Shown in pieces: positions 12,130 through 23,788 of a stretch of 64,000 bases of DNA. Position numbers and translations under genes: made by a program. Source of the stretch: Ancylonema sp. (Eukaryota); NCBI GenBank assembly GCA_050230475.1, contig JBFLGF010000160.1, forward strand, positions 1 to 64,000. Direction: 5' to 3'. Each line of letters opens with the position of its first letter. Within the stretch, counting starts at the first letter, position 1. The notes below the pieces were generated by a model. That model was not told the origin of the DNA, searched no databases, and saw only the letters and a program-made list of their open reading frames with translations.

Positions 12130-15100
12130 ATGCCAGCAGTGAGCGATACTGGAACAAGAAAGCCCTCCAAGGACCGTCCTCGCCCATACGTGTGCTCTCT
12201 CTGCAGTTTTGCTGTATCGCGGCCGGCATACCTTATCTCCCACGAAAGAACTCATACCGCAGATGTGAGTATCGTCCGGCACATATGATATATACCATCT
12301 GTGGCCTGACCAAAGCTAGTCACGACGGCGCTGTCAGGACTGTTCTAGACTTATCAGTAAGCTTTCCAGTGCGTCATAAACTTCGTTGAGTCAGGTGCGC
12401 ATAATTGGGTTGGAACAGGGTACGATCCGCAGTTATTTGTAGCGCGCGTTCGACTTCTCCGGTAGCGTGTAGGACGCCAAGGGGCCAACAACTCGCTTGA
12501 GGCGTGAAGGACCATTACGTGAACTCATGACGACTGCTTGCGCTAAGTTGTCGGACGGGGTTCCGATGCAAAGTCTACGGATGCAGTTCTTGGTCCCACT
12601 TTTAGTTGTAGGGCGGTGTGAGAAGCTTGCGCGAGGCAGCTGCCCGGATCTTACTTCAAGGTTGAATAGGTGCTGTAGTGTGCCAAATATAACCCTACCC
12701 TCTCTCTTGGAAGTAACGTACCTGAGGTGGCTTTAAAAACTTGTTCTTATCGTCGGTTTCCTTAGCAACCCTCCGTCGTGCATCCTCTGCAGAGGCCCTT
12801 TACATGTACCTGGCCAGACTGTGACGCCGAATACAAACGGTCGGATCATCTGAGACGTCATATACAAGTACACGAACGGGCTGCAGAGTTTTTCGTAAGC
12901 TTCAATTCATTTAACTATACCTAGCTCTTGGATGGGATGGCAGAGGGAGCTACTTTGGTACCGCACTAAAAGCAGGACCTGCCCTGACAACATCTTTGTT
13001 TTGAATTCCCCGGTGTATCGTTCGGTATTCTCAGTCAAAATTGCAATTAGATGCAACCACCTAGCTGACCTCGTATCCATCGAGGGTCAGTGATCTGAAG
13101 TGGGACACGGACAACATCATTGTTAAACGATGTGATGTGCCCACTCTCTCTGCAGTGCACCTTCGCGGGCTGTGATGTTCAATGCACGACAAGTGGCAAC
13201 CTGCAGCGCCACCTGAATTTACACACCTCACCGTCTGAGCTGGCATCTTCTCGTCCAGCCAAAGCGTCCAGGACGCAATCCCCGTCCACCGACACCGGAG
13301 CAGCAGGGGTGGCGGAATCAGTGCAGCTTGTGCCTGAGCTGACCTGCCAGGTGGCAGCCTGTAAAGACTTTGGGAAGCGGTTCAGGACGGCCGCGCAGAT
13401 GACAAGGCATCATGCTGCAGAACACGGCGAGGGTAAGAGCACGAAGTGCACACATAACTGGGCAGACCTAACTCTTAATGATCAAAAATACAAAAGGCGG
13501 TTCATTGAAGTGTCCCGTAACGTGGTGGGCGAGCAGGACAGGGAGAGGGACAGGGGCAGGGACAGGGGACCGGGACAGGGTTCAACAAAGCAGCAATCAT
13601 GGGCAGGGTTTTGTTCTTTGAACCTGGAGTTGACCATGCTTCTATGAGTTGACCATGCTTCTATGTTGGGGTCCACCTTCAGACTACTGACCCCAAATCA
13701 GGGCTGGAGTCAGGGTCAGATTCGGGGGTCAGTGTCAGGGGCAAGCTGGGTTAAGCTTGTGGGGATTAACAGGGAGCCTGACTGTAGTCTAAGATATCTT
13801 CTACCATTCACTCTGTCCCTCACCTACCTGCTCACCTCCTCCCTTCCTCTGCCCCGTCCGTGCCAGCTGTCCAGGAGTATGCAGCGGTTATCTGCGGGTT
13901 CTGCGGCGGCTCCTTTCAGTCTGACTCCGCTCTCCAATCCCACCTCGCTCGGGAGCATACCCGGGTGGCGTGTCAAGAGTGCGGAACGGTTCTCGTGAGG
14001 CACAAACTGAAGAAGCACATGCTCATCCATAACCCGGACAGAGAAATGTTTCCGTGCCAGCAGCCGGGGTGCGATAAGACGTACAGTACGGTGCGTGCAT
14101 AAAGGGGGTGGAGATGGGTGGGGGGGAGGAAGGCACTTGAGTGGAAGCGTCACTGGTGTACTCTAACGCCTGGCGTTCTGTGGGTGTTGCTGTAGCTGTA
14201 GCTGTATCTGTAGCCATAGCTGTAGCAGGGAGCGGGAAATTGTTTTCAGGAGGGAGGGGGTGCTTGTTGGAGGGAGTAGTATTGTGTGGCCAGGGGTTCC
14301 ACTCCTCAGGGATAGGGGGATGAGGCAACAGGTGCAGTGGGACAAGGGATGGGGCTTCAAACTGAGTAGAACCTCAGATGTCTATAGAAGGCAGGGCATG
14401 TGGAGGTAGGGGTGGGGAGAGATTCCAGGTCTCTACAGGCTTCTCTACCGTTCCCCCCCCCCACACCTCCTCCTTCCCCTCTCCTATCATCTCCTCCCCT
14501 CCTCCCCTCCTCCCCTCCTCCACCCCCCTCACACTCCTCTCCACCAAACTCCTCCCCCCCCCCCCCCCCTCCCCCCCCCTTCTCCCTCCAGGCCTTCAAC
14601 CGCGAGCAGCACGTCCGTTCCGCCCACCGCCGCGAGCGTCCGTTTGAGTGCTCCTACGCGGGATGCAACCAACGGTTTGCATTTAAGGCCAGTCAACTGC
14701 GGCACGAGTCCAACGTGCACGTGGGCCCGCCCGCCGTGGGCCCCCCGCCAACTGTAAGCACCGTCCAGGCGTTCTTTTTAGGAGGCGGTAGTGGGGACAG
14801 GGGGCACAAATTTTGGGTTGTCTTGGTGAGGTGGAGGAGTAGGGTGGACAGGGGAGTCTCATGTGACTGACGCAAATCCCCAACTTTGCCTGCAGAGTTA
14901 CCTTCCCCCCCCAGAACAGTTGGAGGAGGAAACCCTAGGGGTGCCCGAGCAAGAGGGGGTGGCATCTGAAATGGGGGGGGCGTATGAGGGGGAAGGGGGT
15001 CAGGATGGGGGGGAGGCAGAGGATGGGGGGGAGGCAGAGGATGGGAGGGATGAGGATGGTGGGGATGAGACGGTGGATGTGGAGACAGTAGAGGGGGTGG

Positions 15101-15231
15101 GAGTGAAAAGGGGGCCAGACGAGTTGGGGGTTGGTGGGGAATTCGTGGGGGGGGAGTTCGTTGGAAACGGAGAGGGAGGGGAGGAGGGAGGGGAGGAGGG
15201 AGGGGGGGAGGCGAAGAGGGTGAAGGTTTGA
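12130..15231 (+). CDS. TFIIIA: Transcription factor IIIA (5S rRNA gene C2H2 zinc-finger factor); 8 fingers and an acidic C-terminal tail
   Basis: Exons 12130-12264, 12793-12894, 13156-13432, 13867-14090, 14592-14753, 14896-15231, all GT-AG and in phase. Fingers include RPFTCTWPDCDAEYKRSDHLRRHIQVH, CQECGTVLVRHKLKKHMLIH and RPFECSYAGCNQRFAFKASQLRHESNVH, in the same order as land-plant TFIIIA. Confidence 0.88.
12473..12660 (+). ncRNA. Putative plant 5S rRNA mimic (P5SM) structured cassette exon in TFIIIA intron 1
   Basis: Lies in the phase-0 intron immediately before the RPF-finger exon. Contains the 5S loop-C-like ggaccattacgtGAACTC and nested helices acaact(12488-93)/agttgt(12546-51), cgc/gcg and cgtga/tcatg, closed by gggc/gccc. 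Candidate acceptor tgtag|gac at 12472/3 and weak donor aag|gttgaa at 12660/1; boundaries are inferred. Confidence 0.7.
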
Positions 15232-15925
15232 GGTGGTGGCCGGGCAAGGGGGCATAAAGAGAGAGGGGTCGTGGGACCCACGGAGGGGTTGGCATTTCTG
15301 TCACAAATAGAGCCGGTTTCAGGAATGGGTAATACTCAAAAACGGGTAGAGGTTGGCTCACGGGTTTTGAGCATAGGCAACTAGTTTGCACTTCTGACAA
15401 TGAGGCACATAAGACTTGTTGGGTGATGAAAGTGGTGTGACACATCCCGCTCTTCTCTGCTTGGTTTTAAGGATGGGAAATGATTAGGGTAGGTAAAAAA
15501 TGAATGCGGCTAGGGATAAAGGAGAAGAAGATTGCAAGTCGAGGATACGCAAATGTGTCATCCTCGAAAGTAGATGGCCAGGTTGTTTTGTGTTTTAAAA
15601 AATAGCGTTCTTTGTTTTGCACGGTTTGATGGTTTCATTGTGTAGATTTCGAGGTAAGTTGGATACTTTTTAGTGTGATTACTCACAACAATATCAGGAA
15701 GACATATTACTTGCATTTTATGTGAATGCATACATTCTCGAAGCTCTGGTTTTTTCTAGATTCTCATAGCTGCATGTGCTCTTTACACTAGTACAGAATT
15801 GTAGAGAAAAGTTTTGCCGAAATATTGTAGTTTTTTCTTTTATAAGGTTTTTGTGCGTGCACAGCTTGCCACACTATGAGCATCCTCTATGGCCTCGCAT
15901 ATTATCCGAACTTGTGCCACTAACA

Positions 15926-17767
15926 CCATACTGGCCATACATAATGACCCGCAAATAATTATTGAAAGGGTGGGTCGGGTCAAATTAAATAATTTATTTT
16001 TTGGGGTTGGGTCACGCCATAAATTCCGAGATTCGGCGTAGTGGGTCAACATCATAAAATCGATTTTATTCTATTTTTTGCTCCAAATACATATGTGGTT
16101 GGATCCCGATCGATTGTGGTCCTGTAGCGGCGCAATCGATCGTCATTGGTTTCCTTTTCACACATTCAGGGAGGGAAATGGACATGTTGGGAAATAATTA
16201 AGGTGCATATTTTTCTTATATTTTTGCACCATGCACAAGCCAACATGATAAGCAACATAGAGTTTCCATAATTTTTAAACCACGATACACCCTTCAAAAT
16301 TCCGAAAAGTATGGAAAAACCGAAAAACCGAAAGAATGTGGATATCTCCACACACTCACATACAAGTCACTACTCGGTACACACTAATACTTTATCACTA
16401 TCTACTCTTCCCTACTCTTCCACTTCATGAGTCTGTGTTTAGGTCTAAGAGTCTGCTGCAGTCTGCGAGTTCGCAATCTAAAGCCGACAATGCACCCCAC
16501 CAAGATAAGGCTTTTGAACGAAAGTGAACGGATGAACGGCGAATAAATTTGAGATAAAGGAAAGTGAACGAGTATTTCAGTGTAAAGTGAACGGATGACC
16601 GGCGAATAAATTTTAGGTTTAGGAAAGTGAACGGATTTTATAGTATGAAGTGAACGGATGAACGGCGAATGAATTAGAGGTAAAGGAAAGTGAACGGGTT
16701 TTTTCGTGTGAAGCAAACGGATGAACGGCGAATGAATTTGAGGTAAATGAAAGTGAACGAGTTTCTTAGTGTTAAGAGAACGGATGAACGGCGAATAAAT
16801 TTGAGATAAAGGAAAGTGAACGGATGTTTAGTGTCAAGTGAACGAATGAACGGCGAAAAAAAACGAGGAAAAGGAGAGTGAACGGATGAACGGCGATAAA
16901 AAAATGATATAAAGGAAAGTGAACGGGTTTTAGAGTGTAAAATGTACGGATGAACGGCGAATGAATTCGAGGTGAAGGAAAGTGAACGGATTTTTCAGTG
17001 TAGAGTGAACGGATGAACGGCGAAAAAAATTGAGGAAAAGGAAAGTGAACGGATGAACGGCGAATCAATTTGAGATGAAGGAAAGTGAACGGATTTTTTA
17101 GTGTCAAGTGAACGGATGAACGGCGAAAAAAATTGAGGAAAAGGAAAGTGAACGGATGAACGGCGAAAAAAAATGATGTGAAGGAAAGTGAACAGGTTTT
17201 AGAGTGTAAAATGAACGGACGAATGGCGAATGAATTTGAGGTAAAGGAAAGTGAACGGGTTTTTCAGTGTGAAGTGAACGAATGAACGGCGAATAAATTT
17301 GAGGTAAAGGAAAGTGAACGGATTTTTCAGTGTACAGTGAACGGATGAACGGCAATTGAATTTGAAGTAAAGGAAAGTGAACGAGTTTTTTAGTGTAAAG
17401 TGAACGGATGAACGGCGAATGAATTTGAGATAAAGGAAAGTGAACGGATTTTTAGTGTAAAGTGAACGGTAGAGTTAAAAAAATAGAGGTCCGAAAGATA
17501 CCCCCCCAAGGTTTAGAGTGCCATGATTTGTACGGTACTCGTGCGGTGCAAATTAAAGGTGGTCAACATGTTGTTTAAACTTTAAAGGTGTTGTTTAAAG
17601 GTGGGTCATTTTGCTTGCAGGGTCACGGTATAATAAATATGTTTTACATGGGTCATAATTGTGGCTCACGGGATGATAAATATATTTTGCCCGGGTCAAG
17701 TTGGTGGGTCACGACAGAAATTAATCGTTTTTTTTTTAACCCGGGTCATTGTGTATGGCCACTACGG
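15926..17767. mobile_element. Non-autonomous Tc1/mariner-like (pogo-like) element with ~26 bp imperfect TIRs enclosing a minisatellite
   Basis: Left end ccatactggccatacataatgacccg; right end reverse-complement ccgtagtggccatacacaatgacccg. Right flank is TA, left flank CA (possibly a decayed TA TSD). Confidence 0.6.
16515..17469. repeat. Tandem minisatellite with ~62-64 bp units (some ~40 bp), built on AAGTGAACGG
   Basis: Repeated aaagtgaacggatgaacggcgaataaatttgagataaaggaaagtgaacg...agtgt. Confidence 0.95.
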
Positions 17768-18389
17768 TATGCATAAATCGTCCAACTTGGCTAACGCTAC
17801 GGCCTGAGCATATCAGAAATGTTATGCTCAGGCCATTCTGGCGGATGGTTTACGCATCTTTTGTCGCGAAATTTCCGAGAATATGCTCACGAGTTTGCAT
17901 AACTCATCGGGATGAGCATAACCTCTGGACCAATCAGATCCTTTTGCCGTATGCCTACGTGGCAAAAAACATAAGAGTTTCATCCGGACCAATCGGAAAC
18001 TGAATGTTCGCCTATGACAATTTTTTTGCTTCAGAATGCTTAGGCCGTAATGTTTGCCAACGAATGAAAATAAAACATAGGCCATTTTGCCGCATGATAA
18101 ATTGATCTTCACCATATCTCCAAATTATGCTCAGAGATTTGCGAGGCCGTAGCGGATGCTCTAAGCATGCATCAATCACATGCATCCAATTTCTTAGTAC
18201 ACAACGATGTTCACAGAGTAAGATTGTGCTTATGGTAGCAAAATCAACATTACCTCGAGAGAATGAATGCTTTTATGCACATGCCTAAGAGGTCACCAAT
18301 GCATTTGTTTTAGTGAACGTGATTCATGTACGGCCTCACTCTTGTGAAGCTATGAGTATCTTGTGAGGTGGTAGTGATAGACATGATTT

Positions 18390-18461
18390 CATAGTTGCAT
18401 CCCGGACCGTCCGGGGATCTTCGGACACGTCCGGGACGCGTCCGGGCTCGGACGCGTCCGA
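18390..18461. mobile_element. Terminal fragment of the CATAGTTGC hAT-like MITE family (related piece at ~20670-20735)
   Basis: catagttgcatcccggaccgtccgggga... matches a terminus of the 27230-27458 element. Confidence 0.65.
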
Positions 18462-18779
18462 TAAGATTTTGGTGCATTAGTGTCATCAAGATGATAAGGA
18501 GAAATAAAGTTGACAGCATGTGCACACCATGGCTCTGGATCTTGGTCATCGCCATCTCCACTTGAATTGCTCACAAGTTCTAGATGCTCTTCGTTCTGAA
18601 GAGGAAGGGCACCTTGAAACTGTGGCAAAGGATTTCCCACAGGGAGGTCTCGGGGGTCTCTTCATTGACTGAATTCATATGATCTGTGGCAGGTTGCCCC
18701 CTTCCAAAAATGCCCCCTCCGACTCCAAACTCGCCCCATCCTATCTAATCAACACCTTCCAGACTTTGCCTCACAATAA

Positions 18780-20600
18780 TCGATTATTCTTGCCCCTCGT
18801 CCAGCTCTTCTTTCTCTTCCGCCATCTGATTTTTCACACACTCATCAAACTCTTCGTGTGCAAGGCTGGTGTGCGAGCTTTCGATGTCGACATCTGCAAC
18901 AATGGCCTTTCGAACTGGAGTGCAGATCAATGTTTTCCAACTAGTGGCTGGAGAGTGCATACTTGCTTGCCATTTTTTGTTGAACACTGGAATATTTCCA
19001 CCTGCCTTGCCACTGCAGCTAAACGACCAGCCTTCTTCTCTTGCCTTCTGTCCAGTGAAGAAATTTGTGCGCATGCCGGGAATGTATACACATTTTTTCA
19101 AAGTGACGCCACCCCATTCTCCTTCTGTGTCTAATCTCAGCCTTCTCCACTGCTGCACACGCACGCTGCCAACCAGATGATGCAAAGTAATTCCATGAGG
19201 AACATCCTCAAGATTTTTGATAATATTTTTATGCCCGCTGGAGTGATGGCTGGATCCGTCATCGAACAAGAATCCATTTTATTTTTCATGATCTGATGCA
19301 TGTCCATCGAAGATCTCAGCAACAACAACTTCCCCATGACCGGAGCCTGCATCATGATCAATTTCACGAACAATGGCAGATTTGCGGCCTGTGCGCACTC
19401 CTCTTCGCCGCATGCGTAGAGCATCATTATTCTTGTCAAAGCAAGTAAACTCCACATGACCGGATGCACCACATTATTTGCACTCATCGTCTTTCTGCTG
19501 AAATGACCTGCGTCTCCACACGTGTAATAGGAAATTCGTCCACCAGATCAATTACCACCACCTCTTCCATCTCTTCTTCCACGGCCAGCATTGAAACTTT
19601 ATCTAGTAGCACCTTTGCCCTTTTGATCATCGACACCACCATCTCTGCTTCGATCTGCAAGATTTTGTCGGGTTGTCCATTTTGCATAGTGTGCTTCAAC
19701 TACCAGCTTTTCGTCATCTCTCATTGTTTGCTCTTTCTTGTCATCGAGCTCATTGACTCCCATCTACCCTCGTATCTAACTGATTCCAGGTGCCTCTTTT
19801 TGGCCATAGTATAGCCTCTTCGTCCGTTTTGTATAGTCGAAGTTATGGTGTCACTTTATCGTACTCTTCTTTTAAATAGTCCCACATTGCTTTCGGGTCT
19901 CTCTCATACTCCTTGACAACTGCCGCGATATCTTCACTGACAAGTGATATTAGCAACATCACTGCCTTCTTTGTCCTTTTGCGAAAACTTTTGACATCGA
20001 CACAATACTGGTCCATTTCAACTATTACGGCCAATGCTCATCATCATGTTTTGCAAACAACTCTTTCGGTTCCATCCATGTGCCCTTCCAGATCTCAAGG
20101 CAGTCAGCATCGTCAAGGATCGCTGAGGCCTTCGATCTCCATGCTTGAAAAGGGACTTATCCCATCCAGGATGTAGTATCTTGCTTTGATACCACTATGA
20201 GTGCTTTCTTCTGCCATCGATGCAAGAATAAAGCACAACTCTCTTAATCAACTATAGAATCGACAGATCACGTCATTACAAGCGTAGACACAACAAAAGT
20301 GCAAGCTTGAAGTAGAAAGTCTGATTACATAATTATGCATGCAAGGCCAGACCTTGAACAATCGAGTGTGATCCATGCCCCCTCCTAGTCAAAGATCTCT
20401 ACTGATCGAACTATCGAGTCAACACCAATCATATTCAAGTATTGTGCCAAATCACCTATCCTTATCGACACGTTGCCTACTCTTATCGACACGTTTGCCA
20501 CGTCTGCCAAGTAACATCACAATCATATCGACGGGCAAAACGACAAAATCGACAAAACTAAACTTAAGCCCTAAAATCGATATAAAGACAAAAGTTCACA
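18780..20600 (-). mobile_element. Decayed, truncated Ty1/copia element (LTR, conventional tRNAiMet PBS, gag and protease remnants)
   Basis: PBS TGGTATCAAAGC at 20194-20183, after ...CA. Gag-like DPKAMWDYLKEEY, knuckle remnant YACGEEECA, protease-like FDDGSSHH and VYIPGMRTNF. Many stops; outer LTR boundary uncertain. Confidence 0.7.
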
Positions 20601-21059
20601 GACCCTAAAAAGTAACACCATGACATATAACATTATCAGAGTAGTTCAAGGCATCTTTACTTCAGTCGAGCCCCGAACGGTGCGGGGATATCCAGACACG
20701 TCCGGGACGCGTCCCGGACCCGGACGCCCGGGTCAAAAACATGGATCCGAATACGAGCAAGTAAAACGCGTGGGCGAGTAGTACGCAACACGACTGTTAC
20801 CGTCCTCACGTGTTCTCTCATGTTGAAACATCATTGATTGCTTATGTGTAGTTAAAACCATGTCATGGGAACCCCCAAAATTATGTTAGTGCATTTTTTT
20901 GTCTAATGACTTTTTACTTATGTAATAACAAATAATACTAATCACGAAATATAGGATTTCCAAGCCGTTATCGCCTCAATTTGGGGTCGAGTAAATTGAT
21001 TCATGCGAATGTGTGGTAACTCTTCTATGCGCAACTGCGAGGTGCTTGCGAGGCCGGGT

Positions 21060-21600
21060 GCCCCGTAGACACGACCATTAGGGAGGTTGTCCCCCGTTTG
21101 AAATGAAGAAGCATACGGCGTGTAAGCCGTCCCCCGTATGCTTCTCCCGTGACAGGGGACGCAACCGGGTTGGGGTTACCCCAACCGCAACGGGTGGAAA
21201 ACGGGGGACCCGGCGGACAACGGGGTACATGGGCGACCAAACGGGGGACTACGGGGGACACGGGGGACGGATCAGCTTACAACGGGGGACACGGTGGAAA
21301 ATCGGCGGACAACGAGGGGGGGGAACTTGAGTGGACGGTCGACAGTGGCCCAAGTATGGGGATCTCACCTCATGCCCCCCGTTTGGTCCCCCGTGTGACA
21401 CGGGGGTTAACCCTTAACCCTTAACATCGAGGTTAATATCCTGCTTTAACCCTCCTTCCGAATTCAGGGTTAAAACCTCGAGGTTACGGGTTAACCCTGA
21501 TTTAATCCGATAACCCTAGGGCTATCGAGGTTAACCAGGGTTAAGCATGGTTAATTAGGGTTAATCGGGGTTAAAAAGGGCTAATGAGGGTTATTTTAGT
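21060..21600. repeat. GC-rich (AACGGGG)n-like and GGTTAA/TTAACC-rich degenerate repeats, probably MITE remnants
   Basis: Recurring aacggggga(c) at 21150-21320 and gggttaa/ttaaccc in both orientations at 21404-21580. Confidence 0.45.
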
Positions 21601-23151
21601 CCTGATTTTTCCGCCTACCGTGTCTAATTTAATAGAAAATATTCTACCCGATCTTTCACCTGATTTGGCCTTTTTCATGATTACGAATTTCAACATTCAA
21701 AACCCGCCACGGATTGTGCAAGTTGTTACAATATCGAATCGTTACTATCAAAATAAAAGAAAAAACTTTCTCATCGGGATACCAAAGTAGACTTCATTTT
21801 TGACGATAATCCAGTGGTGACTGATTTGTAATGATTCAAAGTGCCGTTATGATATTACCGGCACGTGATCATTTCAACAAAAAAAAAAAATGCACACTAC
21901 GGAAAGCGACGGACCAGAAAATCATGTGGTTCAATAATCATCGCATTTGGGCTTCAAAAAAATTTAGAAATATTACCGGATCCAAGCTCAGATGACGGAC
22001 CTGATTCAACAAGCAATATCTTGAAATCTGTTGAAAGAGTAGGTAAACCATCACCGACTCACGATTTCTCTATTTCCCAATACATTGCTGACGTGCCAGA
22101 TGCGATCGGTAGGGTAAATAGGTCATCGATGATGGAATAAGTCGATGAAGGGGTAATCGCAAATTCGCGACTCAAAGTATCGACAAAAAGGGGTTTTGTC
22201 GATGTAGTAGAAGTGCGGATAAGAGGTTGAGATATTGTAACTGAGAGTACGGTGCTCGCTTGAATCGCGGCAATGACTGTAAACAATCACAAAACGAGGC
22301 AGTTTTCGAGCTTTATTCGTTGTACTACTCACTCCTAGCAAGTTATCACACGCTGCTCTTACTTGACGACTTAAAAGTAACGAAAGTGATACAAGATTGC
22401 AGTAAAAGATGCGACGATTCTTGATCAGCAAGCAATCGATTAGGATACAATTTTTCAAAGCTTGTCAATAGCAACAAAAGATATGTGCGAATGGATTGCA
22501 CGGATGAGCGAAAGCTCGGTAATGGAAACATGTGATTTCCAACTGCGCAGTAGGTCGGACAATCGACAACTTCGGTAACGATAATAAACACACGGTTGCA
22601 AAGCGAAAGCTTGATGCAAGGTAATCACAATCGAGCAAACGCTCGATACACACGATATTTCGTAAGCAAAAGATCACAGATTGCAAGGTTGTGCAAGGCA
22701 AAGAATTCAGAGTGTCGAGTAAAACAATGGTGTGCAAGGAAAAATATATTCAACGTCAAATTCAGTTACAGGAGTCTTTATTGTCAAACGAATATTCTAC
22801 TCGCGCGTTCGCTGGGATACGCATGGCAAGGACTATCTAAATCAACTCGGCGCGTTATAATTGGCTGCAGACATCTCTATTTGATTCTGAGTGGTTGACC
22901 TAAAGAGCTACGGTCACGATTTATATAATTGACAAGCCTGACACGTAGTCCAATCAATTCAAATAAAAAGGTGAGCTAGTCAAAGGTTGACTACTCATAA
23001 CTTAACAGAAGGGGCGCCGGTCAATGACGAAGCTCGGAATGAAATGAGTGGGGGCGGAGTCGTGAGAAGGCGGAAAAACATTGCGGTGCGGCTATTTTAA
23101 TATTATAATTAAAACAAAGGGGTTTCTAGCTGACGATTCATACAAGCATGA

Positions 23152-23788
23152 CACTGCTCCCTTGATATAACGACCCTCTTTATAACGACAATATCGATAT
23201 AACGACAGTTTTTTTGGACTTTTTTGAAATCAATACGAAATCGCCCTCGATATAAGCATAACGATACTATATATAATGACAAAAAAAATCATAAATTTGT
23301 TACTGAATGTCCTTACACTGTAACGCTATTGCTCGCAGATAACGATGTATGGAAATCGAGAAAAATATAGAAACCTCATGAACGACACCTCAAATTCTCT
23401 ACAACGTGTTCGAGTTGTTCCATATGTCATACACAGAGAACGCCGCCTGTGTCCTCCTCGGATGGTCCAAAACTAAGCTCATGTATATGTAGTAGTCGTT
23501 CCTCCTTGGTTCTGAAGCACTCAGAACTTACACTCATTCAGTGTTAACAACGTTACCAACGTTATCAACACACATACCGAATTGAATAATCATGCCAAGG
23601 CAATTTACTACAGGAAACACATAATAAACACATTTTTTTATTCACTTTGTTTCACTCGCAAAGACCTTTGATACAAGGACAAAGATTTCAGATTCTAGTA
23701 TTAAATGTCGTTATACAATGTATAACGACACCTCGATATAACGACACTTTTTTTGATTTTTTGTTGTCGTTATATTGATGGAGCACTG
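23152..23788. mobile_element. Tigger/pogo-like MITE, older copy of the 38827 family
   Basis: Ends cactgctcccttgatataacgac ... gtcgttatattgatggagcactg. Internal blocks align with 38827-39445. Confidence 0.8.

Noticed and set aside
12473..12660. A genuine 5S rRNA gene
   Set aside because: Similarity to 5S is limited to the helix III/loop C region, and the 3' half does not match.
12497..12736. 79-aa ORF inside TFIIIA intron 1
   Set aside because: It starts at a non-ATG codon and is better explained as the structured cassette exon.
14693..15445. Proline-rich extensin-like minus-strand ORFs (also ~49766-50224)
   Set aside because: Antisense shadows of G-rich exons and homopolymer tracts.
16515..17469. 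Possible CRISPR array
   Set aside because: The intervening segments are homologous to each other rather than unique spacers, there are no cas genes, and the context is eukaryotic.
21404..21600. Telomere-like GGGTTA/TAACCC motifs
   Set aside because: Dispersed, in mixed orientation and not a tandem TTTAGGG/TTAGGG array.
21860..22900. Short ORFs in a TCGA-rich region
   Set aside because: No recognisable domain or splice pattern; probably old TE debris that I cannot classify.
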